In this document: piece after piece, positions 9,924 to 19,056 of the stretch
How positions within the stretch are numbered: position 1 is the stretch's first letter
Layout: each line of letters begins with the position of its first letter
Assembly (NCBI GenBank): GCA_020851595.1
Contig: JADZCK010000019.1
Span: 1-56,714 of the forward strand
Reading direction: 5' to 3'
Source of the DNA: Candidatus Nomurabacteria bacterium
GTDB taxonomy: Bacteria > Patescibacteriota > Minisyncoccia > Phycocordibacterales > UBA9973
Length of the DNA stretch: 56,714 bases
The notes under the pieces: generated by a model
Database searches by the model: none
What the model saw: the letters and a program-made list of their open reading frames with translations, nothing else
What the model was told of the DNA's origin: nothing
Program-made: the position numbers and the translations under genes

Positions 9924-9932
9924 ATTATATCA
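9924..9932 (-). promoter_or_regulatory. extended -10 box TGATATAAT, 8 nt upstream of the ATG at 9915
   Basis: The reverse complement of 9916-9940 reads ttaaactTTGATATAATttaaacat, followed by atg. Confidence 0.5.
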
Positions 9933-9939
9933 AAGTTTA

Positions 9940-9987
9940 AACAAACTAAAAAGCCCTAAAATTTATTTAGGAACTTTTTAGTTTGTT
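9940..9987 (-). terminator. long hairpin downstream of dnaK
   Basis: aacaaactaaaaag (9940-9953) pairs with ctttttagtttgtt (9974-9987). An inner cctaaa/tttagg pairing is also present. Confidence 0.55.
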
Positions 9988-9997
9988 ATTTATTAAA

Positions 9998-11899
9998 TTA
10001 TGCTTTTGGTTCTTCTCCTTCTTTTTTTTCCTTAAATTCAGCATCTTTAACCTCTGCATTTTGTTCTTCTGGAGTAGGATTTGCACCTTGTGTTGCGCCG
10101 GCTTTATTTAAAGCTTCTCCAATTTTAGACATTTCAGATGAAAGTTCTTCGGTAGCTTTTTTAATTGCTTCACCGTCTGTGCCATCTTTTACTCCACGCA
10201 ATGCTGTGATTTTTGCATTCACACTATCTTTTAATTCTGCGGGAATTTTTGCTTCGTTATCTTTTACAGCTTTTTCGGCAGTATAAATATTCATTTCTGC
10301 TGTATTTTTTAGATCAGCAACTTCTTTCTTCTTTCTATCTTCTTCTGCGTGAAGTTCTGCATCAGCCTGCATTTTTTTAATATCTTCTTCTTTCAAACCA
10401 GAACTTGCTTCTATTTTAATAGATTGAGTTTTACCAGAAGCTTTGTCTTTTGCTGTAACATTTAGTATTCCGTTTGCGTCAACATCAAAAGAAACTTCAA
10501 TCTGAGGCATACCTCGAGGTGCTGGTGGAACTCCATCTAGAATAAATCTTCCAAGAGATTTGTTATCGGAAGCCATGGGACGTTCACCTTGAACGATATG
10601 TATTTCTACAGAAGTTTGATTGTCAGCAGCGGTAGAAAATACTTGAGATTTATTTGAAGGTATAGTCGTATTTCTTTCGATTAATTTAGTAGCCACACCC
10701 CCCAATGTCTCGATTCCCAAAGACAAAGGTATAACATCAAGAAGAAGCACGTCACGCACATCTCCTTGAAGCACCCCAGCTTGCACAGCAGCTCCAAGAG
10801 CCACGACTTCATCTGGATTGATAGATAAGTTTGGAGTTTTACCAAAAACTTTTTTAACTTCTTCCACAATTTTTGGCATTCTTGTTTGTCCTCCCACCAT
10901 CACGATCTCATTCATATCTTCCATTTTAAAACCAGAAGCAGCCATAGCGCGCTTTGTTATTTCAATAGAACGAGAAATATATTCATCTGCAATGGATTCA
11001 AGCTGAGCACGAGTCATCTTTAAGAGTAAGTGCTGAGGGCCATCTGAAGTAGAAGTAATAAATGGAATATTAATTTCACTTTCAATAGCAGTAGAAAGTT
11101 CTATTTTTGCTTTTTCTGCCGCTTCGTCTAGACGTTGCAATGCGAGCTTGTCACTTCGAACATCCACACCAGAAGTCTTTTTAAATTCTTCTGCAATCCA
11201 ATTTATTATTTTGTGATCAATATCACGACCTCCAAGGTGGCTATCTCCATCGGTAGACTTAACTTCAATCACGTCATCTCCTATCTCAAGAACAGATACA
11301 TCAAAAGTTCCTCCACCAAAATCATACACAACGATTTTTTCATTTTTCTTTTTATTGAATCCATAGGCAAGAGCGGCAGCGGTAGGTTCATTGATAATTC
11401 TTTTTACATCAAGACCCGCGATAGCTCCCGCATCCTTAGTAGCTTTTCTTTGCGCATCGTTGAAGTATGCAGGTACAGTGATGACAGCTTCTGTAATTTT
11501 TTCTCCTATTTTTGCTTCCACGTCAGCTTTTATTTTTGATAAAATCATCGCAGAAACTTCTTCTGGACGCATCCATTTTTCGCCTATCTTTACCTCTACT
11601 CCGCCATTTGCAGATTTCTGAATTTTGAAAGATGCATTTTTCAAATCCTTTTGTACTTCTGGATCTTCAAAATTGTGACCCATAAAACGTTTGATACCGT
11701 AAACAGTATTTTCAGGATTTGTCACTGCTTGTCTTTTGGCAAGAAGACCGACAATGCGATCACCGTTTTTAGCAACAGCGACTACGGAAGGAGTCGTTCT
11801 ATTTCCTTCCACATTTTCTATAATTTTTGGGGCGCCACCTTCTATGATAGCGACCGCTGAATTTGTTGTACCCAAATCTATACCTATTATTTTACTCAT
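9998..11899 (-). CDS. dnaK: molecular chaperone DnaK (Hsp70)
   Basis: [20 protein letters not shown], full-length Hsp70 with acidic C-terminus. Confidence 0.97.
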   Translation of the reverse strand: MSKIIGIDLGTTNSAVAIIEGGAPKIIENVEGNRTTPSVVAVAKNGDRIVGLLAKRQAVTNPENTVYGIKRFMGHNFEDPEVQKDLKNASFKIQKSANGGVEVKIGEKWMRPEEVSAMILSKIKADVEAKIGEKITEAVITVPAYFNDAQRKATKDAGAIAGLDVKRIINEPTAAALAYGFNKKKNEKIVVYDFGGGTFDVSVLEIGDDVIEVKSTDGDSHLGGRDIDHKIINWIAEEFKKTSGVDVRSDKLALQRLDEAAEKAKIELSTAIESEINIPFITSTSDGPQHLLLKMTRAQLESIADEYISRSIEITKRAMAASGFKMEDMNEIVMVGGQTRMPKIVEEVKKVFGKTPNLSINPDEVVALGAAVQAGVLQGDVRDVLLLDVIPLSLGIETLGGVATKLIERNTTIPSNKSQVFSTAADNQTSVEIHIVQGERPMASDNKSLGRFILDGVPPAPRGMPQIEVSFDVDANGILNVTAKDKASGKTQSIKIEASSGLKEEDIKKMQADAELHAEEDRKKKEVADLKNTAEMNIYTAEKAVKDNEAKIPAELKDSVNAKITALRGVKDGTDGEAIKKATEELSSEMSKIGEALNKAGATQGANPTPEEQNAEVKDAEFKEKKEGEEPKA

Positions 11900-11996
11900 A
11901 TTTTTTAATGATTATTTATGTTTATAATGTTTTTAACTATTATTTTGCGACCACTAATTATTTGTATAAAAAGAGTATATATGATAGTATATACAC

Positions 11997-12515
11997 ATGT
12001 CAAGCAAATCCAAATATTCTAGCAAAATATTGAAAATATTAGGGGAAAAACCAGCTATCCCTCTTGATTCTTTCAAGGATGTGGATAACCCAAAAACATC
12101 TTACGCTGTAACCCGATCAATTAAAAATCTGATAGATTCAGGATGCGCTGAAATATTGAATTCTACCAAGCAAAAATTTCTACGTATAACCAAAGAAGGG
12201 AAAACAAAATTGAATACCCAACTCCTAGAAGGCGAAGAAGCTCTGGTCCCCTCTTCTTGGGACGGATTATGGAGAATTATTTTGATTGATTTACCTGAAA
12301 ACAGAAAAAGTGAACGTGAATCTCTACGTTATTTATTAAAAAAAGCTGGCTTTGTATGTTTGAAAAATTCTGCTTGGATTTCTCCATTTCCTTTTGAATT
12401 TTTATTTGCAAATATTAAAAAAGACCTAAGACTAACTACCGAGATGATGATTATAGTAACAGAATTCATAGACGAAGAAACTAAGAAAGTTTTGTTTGAA
12501 ACTTTCGGAAAGTAG
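11997..12515 (+). CDS. putative DNA-binding regulator with PaaX-like/Cas2-fold C-terminal domain
   Basis: N-terminal wHTH-like region, then WDGLWRIILIDLPENRKSERESLRYLLKKAGFVCLKNSAWISPFP, a pattern typical of PaaX-type C-domains. TGaTAGTAT -10 lies 6 nt upstream of the ATG. Confidence 0.4.
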   Translation: MSSKSKYSSKILKILGEKPAIPLDSFKDVDNPKTSYAVTRSIKNLIDSGCAEILNSTKQKFLRITKEGKTKLNTQLLEGEEALVPSSWDGLWRIILIDLPENRKSERESLRYLLKKAGFVCLKNSAWISPFPFEFLFANIKKDLRLTTEMMIIVTEFIDEETKKVLFETFGK

Positions 12516-12522
12516 ATTTTCC

Positions 12523-12546
12523 ATATTTACGCTATAGCGTAAATAT
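12523..12546. terminator. perfect 24-bp palindrome between convergent genes
   Basis: atatttacgcta / tagcgtaaatat. Confidence 0.45.
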
Positions 12547-12550
12547 GTAT

Positions 12551-12856
12551 TTAAGCAATCTTTTGGGTCATCCATTCTTTATAAGCTCTATTCATCCTAC
12601 GAATATCAACTCCTGCAATGAGCGGAGTAGAGTAGCTGTGGTGCTTCGAGATCAGATCATTCACCTCTTCAAGCTTAGATTCAAGAGTTGTGATTACAAG
12701 CATAGTCTGTGATACTTGTTTCCCTTCCCCTTCCCAGTTATAGATAGAATCAATAGACCAATAATCCACACAAGCGCCGATTTTTTTATCAATAATTAAT
12801 TTACCCAAAAGTCTTGCTTCTTCTGAATTTGCACAAGTTGTGTAAATAAATACCAT
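12551..12856 (-). CDS. cutA: divalent-cation tolerance protein CutA
   Basis: 101 aa, with the CutA1 pattern TTCANSEEA...GACVDYW..DSIYNWEGE. Confidence 0.8.
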   Translation of the reverse strand: MVFIYTTCANSEEARLLGKLIIDKKIGACVDYWSIDSIYNWEGEGKQVSQTMLVITTLESKLEEVNDLISKHHSYSTPLIAGVDIRRMNRAYKEWMTQKIA

Positions 12857-12933
12857 AAAATTATAGAGTGTATTATTCTATTAATAGAATCGACCTTTGT
12901 TTAATTATACTCCTATTTTAAAAAAGAAAGTTT

Positions 12934-13530
12934 TTAAGCTTCTTTGTATTCATACACGTCCACTCTCGCCGGACGAATAACACGCTCACCGAGTTTATAT
13001 CCTTTTTGGATTATTTTAGCTACTTTATGATCCAAATCTTTTTTATCCGTAGCTATCATGTCTATTGGTTGATGAATACTTGGATCAAAAGATTCATTTT
13101 CTTCTCCTACTGGCTTTACTCCATATTCCTCAAAAATATTATTTAATTGAGCATAAATATATTCCACACCCTTACGCCAATTTAAATCCACCTTTTCCCA
13201 AGATTCCTTGTTTTGAAATGCCATATTAAAACTATCTACTACCGTCAAGAAACGCGAAAGAATCCTTTCACGCATCGACTCAGAAAACATGGCTTTTCTG
13301 TCTTCTTCTTGTTTGCGATAATTAGAAAATTCTGCGCGCTCTTTTTGCCAGCCAGTTAAATATTCTTCTTTTTCAGTCTTAGCTTGTTTTAAGTCAGCTC
13401 TTAATTTCTTTAATGTTTTTTTTAGGTCTTCTTCACCATCTTCATTAAATTCAAACTCCAAAACTTCAGAATCATCTAATTTTGGCTCTGTGCTTTTGGT
13501 ATCTTTTTCTATTTTATCTTCGTCACTCAT
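12934..13530 (-). CDS. grpE: nucleotide exchange factor GrpE
   Basis: Acidic N-terminus, coiled coil, C-terminal GY.L.ERVIRPARV motif. Located in the chaperone neighbourhood. Confidence 0.9.
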   Translation of the reverse strand: MSDEDKIEKDTKSTEPKLDDSEVLEFEFNEDGEEDLKKTLKKLRADLKQAKTEKEEYLTGWQKERAEFSNYRKQEEDRKAMFSESMRERILSRFLTVVDSFNMAFQNKESWEKVDLNWRKGVEYIYAQLNNIFEEYGVKPVGEENESFDPSIHQPIDMIATDKKDLDHKVAKIIQKGYKLGERVIRPARVDVYEYKEA

Positions 13531-13546
13531 GACGATATACTAGCAC

Positions 13547-13577
13547 AAAAAAATCCCACTTGGAAGTGGGATTTTTT
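13547..13577 (-). terminator. rho-independent terminator after rpsI
   Basis: aaaaaaatcccact tgga agtgggatttttt. A and T tracts sit on both sides. Confidence 0.75.
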
Positions 13578-13582
13578 CAAAA

Positions 13583-14002
13583 TTAACGCTTTGACCATTG
13601 GGGAGCTTTGCGAGCTTTTTTTAATCCAAATTTTCTTCTTTCTTTTGCTCTAGGATCTCGTTTCAAATACCCAAGTGTCTTCAGCCCACCTCGTAAAGCT
13701 TCATCTATCTCTACAAGAGCCCTAGAAAGCCCATGTCTTATAGCTTCCGCTTGAGAATGAACCCCACCACCCGATACATGAATCTCCACACTCCATTTAG
13801 AATTAACGCCGGTTGGTAAACCTTTTATTATTGGATCTAAAATAGTACGTCTTTCTACTTCTGTTTTAAAATAGTCTTTAGCATCTTTGCCGTTCACAGT
13901 AAAAACATTTTTATTTCCTTCTTTAATACGAACTCTTGCGGTAGAAGTCTTTCTTCTGCCCACAGCTTCAGTATATTTTCCTTTGATTGTTTCTTTATCC
14001 AT
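13583..14002 (-). CDS. rpsI: 30S ribosomal protein S9
   Basis: GRRKTSTARV...GGG..GQA.AIRHGLSRAL...RKFGLKKARKAPQWSKR. Confidence 0.95.
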   Translation of the reverse strand: MDKETIKGKYTEAVGRRKTSTARVRIKEGNKNVFTVNGKDAKDYFKTEVERRTILDPIIKGLPTGVNSKWSVEIHVSGGGVHSQAEAIRHGLSRALVEIDEALRGGLKTLGYLKRDPRAKERRKFGLKKARKAPQWSKR

Positions 14003-14006
14003 ACAA

Positions 14007-14384
14007 TTAATCTTCTACGGTTAAATGTTTCATCATAACTCGACGCAATTTATTCCCTGGCAACATCTGATATGTAGCAAGTTTGACTAATTCTTTTAGC
14101 CCCTTCTTTTCTTTAGTTTCGGTCCCCTTTAAAATACGAAGTCCACCTGGGATACCAGAATATCTAGTATGGTATATTTCTTCTAATTTTTTTTCAGTAA
14201 TTCGAATTTTTGAAGCATTTATCACTTTTACTGGAAAACCAGAATAAACATTACGCTCAAAAGTTGCTTTGGTTTTGCCCATTAAAGACATCGCTACTTC
14301 ACTAGCCACTCTACCCAATGTTCTGCCAGAGGCATCAATAGTTTTGATTTCTGTTTTTTTGTTTTTTATTGCTTCTTTTTTCAT
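14007..14384 (-). CDS. rplM: 50S ribosomal protein L13
   Basis: IDASGRTLGRVASEVAMSLMGK, with rplM-rpsI synteny. Confidence 0.93.
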   Translation of the reverse strand: MKKEAIKNKKTEIKTIDASGRTLGRVASEVAMSLMGKTKATFERNVYSGFPVKVINASKIRITEKKLEEIYHTRYSGIPGGLRILKGTETKEKKGLKELVKLATYQMLPGNKLRRVMMKHLTVED

Positions 14385-14401
14385 AATTTAAAAATTAATT
14401 T

Positions 14402-14755
14402 TTATACAAATTCTATGATTGCCATTTTAGCACCATCTGATTTTCGAGTACCCAATTTCAAAATTCGTGTATACCCCCCATTTTGATCTTTATATTTTGG
14501 AGCAATAACATCGAAAAGCTTTTTTACTTCACGACCATGATTTGAAAGTTTAGCAGCTATTAATCTTCGTGTGGCTACACTTCCCCCCTTTGCTCGAGTA
14601 ACAAGTTTTTCAATAAAAGGACGAAGTTCTTTTGCCTTAGGTTCTGTAGTTTTTATTTTTTCCCTAACAATTAAATTAACTGCCAAAGAATTCAAGAGCG
14701 CTCTCTTTTGTGTCTTGTCTCTACCGAATTTTCTTACATTGTTGTGATGTCTCAT
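14402..14755 (-). CDS. rplQ: 50S ribosomal protein L17
   Basis: MRHHNNVRKFGRDKTQKRALL...GGYTRI, directly downstream of rpoA. Confidence 0.95.
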   Translation of the reverse strand: MRHHNNVRKFGRDKTQKRALLNSLAVNLIVREKIKTTEPKAKELRPFIEKLVTRAKGGSVATRRLIAAKLSNHGREVKKLFDVIAPKYKDQNGGYTRILKLGTRKSDGAKMAIIEFV

Positions 14756-14760
14756 ATAAA

Positions 14761-15738
14761 TTATTCTTTCAAGTTAAGACCAAATTTATTCAAAACTTTT
14801 TTAATTTCTGTAATACCTTTTTCTCCTATGCCCTCAAGCTCTAACAAATCTTCTCTTTTTTTACGAGCCAATCCGCCAAGTGTTCGAATATTAGCTCCGG
14901 TTAAAGCATTTAGGGTACGAGTAGAAAGATCAAGGGAATCTGTGCGAGTTTTTAAAATATCAGCAAAATCTTCACTCTTTTTTTCTTCTTTTTCATCGCC
15001 CTCTTCTTCTTTTAATTTCTTTTTTTCTATTTTTATTTCTTCGGTAGGTTCCTTGAAATCTATAATAGCTTTTAATTGATTGATCATTATTTCTATAGAT
15101 TTAGAAAGGGCCTCCCGAGGAGACAAGGTTCCGTCTGTTTCTATGGATATTCTTAGACGATTGTGATTTGTTTTATCTCCGACACGCATATTTTCAACCT
15201 CATAAGCTACTCTACGTATTGGTGTAAATATAGCGTCAACTGCTATAGTACCTACATCTACTTTTTCTTTTTGAAAAATTTCTTTTGGAATAAATCCGAG
15301 TCCTTTCTCTATCTTCATTTCAATATTTAAATTGACTTTTCCTGTAACTTCTACAATATGAAGATCTGGATTTAAAATTTCAACTTGACCGCCAGTTTTG
15401 ATATCACCTGCAAGTACTTCTTTTGGGCCTTTTACAGAAAGAGTAACCGTCTGAGGTTCGTCAGATAACATTTTAAAACGAGTTTTCTTTAAGTTTAAAA
15501 TCATTACAATAACATCTTCCTTTATGCCATCCATTGTTTGGAATTCGTGAGAAACCCCATCTATTTTAATAGACGTAACACTGGCACCCGGTAAAGAAGA
15601 AAGGATAATTCTTCTTAAACTATTTCCTAGTGTATGACCATAACCTGGAGACAAACCATCTATCTCAAATACTCCCTTATTACCCTCTTCTAAAACAATA
15701 CGAGGTTTTGAAGGCATAATTATTTTATATTCAGGCAT
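14761..15738 (-). CDS. rpoA: DNA-directed RNA polymerase alpha subunit
   Basis: NTD motif GHTLGNSLRRILLSSLPG and CTD helix-hairpin-helix (LSTRTLNAL). An acidic/lysine-rich linker insert is present. Confidence 0.95.
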   Translation of the reverse strand: MPEYKIIMPSKPRIVLEEGNKGVFEIDGLSPGYGHTLGNSLRRIILSSLPGASVTSIKIDGVSHEFQTMDGIKEDVIVMILNLKKTRFKMLSDEPQTVTLSVKGPKEVLAGDIKTGGQVEILNPDLHIVEVTGKVNLNIEMKIEKGLGFIPKEIFQKEKVDVGTIAVDAIFTPIRRVAYEVENMRVGDKTNHNRLRISIETDGTLSPREALSKSIEIMINQLKAIIDFKEPTEEIKIEKKKLKEEEGDEKEEKKSEDFADILKTRTDSLDLSTRTLNALTGANIRTLGGLARKKREDLLELEGIGEKGITEIKKVLNKFGLNLKE

Positions 15739-15788
15739 AATTTTTATAAAAAGTTAGCTTTTAAATTTAATAATAAATGAAAAAATAA

Positions 15789-16391
15789 TTAACGACTATA
15801 AAATTCCAAAACAGCGTTAAGATCAAGAAACGTTTCAGTATTTTTGGGCTTATCTAGTATTTTACCCTCTAACTTGTTTAGATCGAATAATACCCATTTT
15901 GGCCCATTATAATCTTTTAGCCTATCGGTTAAGTTTTCAAAAATTTTCTTATTTTTACTTCCTTCACGAATTTTTACAATATCTCCAGGACGTAATTCGT
16001 ATGAAGGAATAGTAACTCTATGATTATTTACCATGAAATGTCCATGAGAAACCATTTGTCTGGTTGCGCGACGACTTGCACCAAGCCCCATTCTGTAAAT
16101 AACATTATCCAAACGAGATTCAAGATTTTCATAAAGTTTTTCAGCTGTCCCAGCTCCCTTTACTACAGAAACTTTTTTAACGTAATTAGAAAGTTGACGC
16201 TCTGATATACCATAAGAAAAACGAATCTTTTGTTTCTCTACGAGTTGTGCCCCATATTCGGTAAGAGCCTTAGGGCGCTTACCACCTGCTATAGATTTTG
16301 TTGAAGAAGAGACAAACTTGGAAGTTTGACATTTATCAAAAACCCCTGGTCCTAATCTTCTGCAAATTTTAAATTTCGGTTTGGATATCAT
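15789..16391 (-). CDS. rpsD: 30S ribosomal protein S4
   Basis: S4 N-terminus and S4 RNA-binding domain (RLDNVIYRMGLG.SRRATRQMVSHGH), with synteny. Confidence 0.95.
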   Translation of the reverse strand: MISKPKFKICRRLGPGVFDKCQTSKFVSSSTKSIAGGKRPKALTEYGAQLVEKQKIRFSYGISERQLSNYVKKVSVVKGAGTAEKLYENLESRLDNVIYRMGLGASRRATRQMVSHGHFMVNNHRVTIPSYELRPGDIVKIREGSKNKKIFENLTDRLKDYNGPKWVLFDLNKLEGKILDKPKNTETFLDLNAVLEFYSR

Positions 16392-16406
16392 ACATTTTTA
16401 AAAAAA

Positions 16407-16850
16407 TTAAACTCTTCGAGGCTTCTTAGCTTTTGGACCATTGTGTGGTACAGGCGTAGCATCTAATATTGAAGTCACTTCAATACCGTGTGCCATAAAA
16501 GCTCTAATTGCAGGCTCGCGACCAGAACCAACCCCTAATACAACAACATCAGCATCTTTAACTCCCAAAGCAGCAGCCTTTGAGCCAATAACTTCACCAA
16601 CCTTTGAAGCTGCAAAGGGGGTACCCTTTTTTGCTCCTTTAAAACCCATAGCCCCAGCGCTACTCCAAAATAAAGTATTACCAAGTTTATCTGAAAAAAG
16701 AACTTTAGTATTGTTAAAAGTAGCCTCTATATGCAAAATACCAGAAACTATTTTTTTCTTTGGAGTCTTTGGTGACGCCTTTTTTGCTTCACCTGTTTCA
16801 ATTGAGGGATCCGCTATTTTTTCTTCGGTTGTTATTTTTGTTTTTCCCAT
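16407..16850 (-). CDS. rpsK: 30S ribosomal protein S11
   Basis: GILHIEATFNNT...GFKGAKKGTPFAA...PHNG.K.KK.RRV. Confidence 0.95.
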   Translation of the reverse strand: MGKTKITTEEKIADPSIETGEAKKASPKTPKKKIVSGILHIEATFNNTKVLFSDKLGNTLFWSSAGAMGFKGAKKGTPFAASKVGEVIGSKAAALGVKDADVVVLGVGSGREPAIRAFMAHGIEVTSILDATPVPHNGPKAKKPRRV

Positions 16851-16860
16851 TTTATTTTAA

Positions 16861-17241
16861 CTATGTTTTACTTTCTTTTCTCTTACCTGATGCCATTGTC
16901 TTTCTTACATTGCCTCTAACAGTTCTAGAATTTGTCTTTGTTCGTTGCCCCCGAACTGGTAACCTTTTCATATGCCTTACACCTCGATAACTTTTTATAT
17001 CTTTTAATCTTTTTATGTTTGCAGCTATTTCTCTCTTTAGATTTCCTTCTATTGGTATCTTTTCTACCACAGAACGAATACTGTTTTCTTCATCGTCTGT
17101 AAGATCTTTAGCTTTTTTGCCACGATCGATACCTACCTGGTCTAATATTCGACGCGCAGAAGACACACCAATGCCATATAGACATGTTAATCCAATTTCT
17201 AGTCTCTTTTCATTTGGTACTGTAATTCCAAGAATTCTCAT
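16861..17241 (-). CDS. rpsM: 30S ribosomal protein S13
   Basis: MRILGITVP..KRLEIGLT.LYGIG...SYRG.RH...LPVRGQRTKTN. Confidence 0.95.
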   Translation of the reverse strand: MRILGITVPNEKRLEIGLTCLYGIGVSSARRILDQVGIDRGKKAKDLTDDEENSIRSVVEKIPIEGNLKREIAANIKRLKDIKSYRGVRHMKRLPVRGQRTKTNSRTVRGNVRKTMASGKRKESKT

Positions 17242-17246
17242 AAAAA

Positions 17247-17357
17247 TTATTGTTTTTGTTTATGCTTTGGGTTACTACAAATTATCCTAAGATGTCTCTC
17301 TCGTCTTACCATTTTACAATTATCACAAATTTTTCTTACTGATGATTTTATTTTCAT
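17247..17357 (-). CDS. rpmJ: 50S ribosomal protein L36 (not in the ORF track because under 60 aa)
   Basis: The reverse strand translates to [36 protein letters not shown]. It occupies the expected slot between infA and rpsM. Confidence 0.9.
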   Translation of the reverse strand: MKIKSSVRKICDNCKMVRRERHLRIICSNPKHKQKQ

Positions 17358-17495
17358 AAAAATTTTTTAATATTTTCCATCAACTGAACATAACATAATA
17401 AAAACAAGGAAATACCCTTATTTTCAAATGCTATAACTTTTTAAAAACTATAATCGATATGATACACTATTATTAAAAAAATTACAACCCCCCCC

Positions 17496-17741
17496 CTATA
17501 ATCTTTTGGAGATTCTACCTTTTCCACCATAAGGATCAAGTATAACTTCGACAGTATCTCCTATTAAAACCTTAATTCTATGCATTCTCATTTTACCCGA
17601 CAAATATGCAAGAATTTCTTTTTCATCTTCAACATCCTCACTAGGATTATTACCTATTTTTACCCTAAACAAAGTAGAAGGTAAAGCCTCAGTAATTACT
17701 CCTCTGACTGTTAAGATTTTTTCGTTTTTAGAATCATTCAT
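17496..17741 (-). CDS. infA: translation initiation factor IF-1 (with about 10-aa acidic insertion)
   Basis: S1-like fold motifs LFRVK...YLSGKMRMHRIKVLIGDTV.VILDPY. An extra NNPSEDVEDEKE loop is present. Confidence 0.9.
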   Translation of the reverse strand: MNDSKNEKILTVRGVITEALPSTLFRVKIGNNPSEDVEDEKEILAYLSGKMRMHRIKVLIGDTVEVILDPYGGKGRISKRL

Positions 17742-17791
17742 GTATGAAACATCATTATAGAAAAATAATAAAATTATGTCAAATATTAAAA

Positions 17792-19054
17792 TTAATTTGG
17801 ATATTTCAATATAATCTTTATATTTTTTATTTTATCTGGAATCACGGTACGCCAGAACGGACTTATTTTTAAAGTTGCAGAATCTATATTTGGATAACGT
17901 GAAAGTACGTTATTAAAATCTTTTTTTGATTTATTAAGCAAATCAGCTAAAAGCACATCAGCATTCACTCTCCAAACAAACTTTGTTTTCCCAGACAAAT
18001 TAAAACCTATATTTTTTAAATCTGCAAAAGAATTATTTTCTTTATCTGAAAGAGTAAAATTGAGATTTTTTATATTTGAAATAAAAATTTCACTACCATC
18101 ATATTTTGCCATATTTTTCTCCAAAATATATCTAGTTAATTTTTCCTCATTGAACAAAATACCGTATAAAGTTCCATTTATTTTAAAAACTGCATTTTTA
18201 TCTTTTTCATAAGACAAGGACAATTTTGAATCATTTGTATCCAAAAAAATAGCATCTTTGAATAAAACAAAGCCTTGTGGAATCTGATCAGTCGCATTTT
18301 TTAATAATTTTAACCGTAGATTATTTTTAATTCTTGAAACAATCAAAACCTTATCTTCTTCTGACACTACCGGTGCTTTTCCCTCAAAACCACCGGAAAT
18401 AGGCCCCTTTGATCTTCCATAAAATTTTGTATATTTAGGAGTTCCTTTAAAGCCATAAATCTTGAAATCAAGCGGGCCGCTATTATATTCTTCACCAGAG
18501 CCAGCTGCGTATATTTTTACTTCCACCGAACCAGGAATACCACTTTTCGCCATTCCAGGGACTGTTGTTTTGGTAAGTGTTTTGTAAATCTTCCCATTTG
18601 AGCCCTCTAGCCTTGTATCAACACTCAGATTTTGAGAAACAGAACTAAAAGAATTGTAAATAATTACGCTTCCAGTAGCAACTTCTCTTACATCCCTTTC
18701 TTCTTTTGCTACAACGATTTCACTTTCTTCCCCCGAGATAACAACAGTATCAAAAACCAGACCATCATCAGAGGAATCTTTTGTGGCAGAGAAATTGTCA
18801 TTTAAGACAACTTCTTTCATTTTTGGATTAATAGTAATTTCAGCTTTGGAAAACAAATAAGAAAACGCAAAAAAACAAATTGTTACAGATATTAAGGCTA
18901 CAAACCAAAGCAAATATTTAGGGCTGCTTTTCGTATTGGCAACATTTGCAACTTTAGGTTCCCGACCCTCTATTGTTTTAGTAGGTGGTACCACTCTAAT
19001 TTTTCTCTGTTGATTTTTATTTTTTACAATGTCTTCTAGTAAGCGTTTTGCCAT
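17792..19054 (-). CDS. single-pass membrane protein with large extracytoplasmic beta-rich domain, function unknown
   Basis: Basic N-terminus, one TM (YLLWFVALISVTICFFAFSYLF), then 350 aa with no recognised motif. There is a 2-nt gap to the upstream actin-like ATPase gene. Confidence 0.45.
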   Translation of the reverse strand: MAKRLLEDIVKNKNQQRKIRVVPPTKTIEGREPKVANVANTKSSPKYLLWFVALISVTICFFAFSYLFSKAEITINPKMKEVVLNDNFSATKDSSDDGLVFDTVVISGEESEIVVAKEERDVREVATGSVIIYNSFSSVSQNLSVDTRLEGSNGKIYKTLTKTTVPGMAKSGIPGSVEVKIYAAGSGEEYNSGPLDFKIYGFKGTPKYTKFYGRSKGPISGGFEGKAPVVSEEDKVLIVSRIKNNLRLKLLKNATDQIPQGFVLFKDAIFLDTNDSKLSLSYEKDKNAVFKINGTLYGILFNEEKLTRYILEKNMAKYDGSEIFISNIKNLNFTLSDKENNSFADLKNIGFNLSGKTKFVWRVNADVLLADLLNKSKKDFNNVLSRYPNIDSATLKISPFWRTVIPDKIKNIKIILKYPN

Positions 19055-19056
19055 AA

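Noticed and set aside
11900-11996. CIRCE (HrcA operator, TTAGCACTC-N9-GAGTGCTAA) upstream of dnaK.
   Set aside because: Only a weak resemblance (ttagtggtcgc) with no inverted partner, and no hrcA gene in the window.
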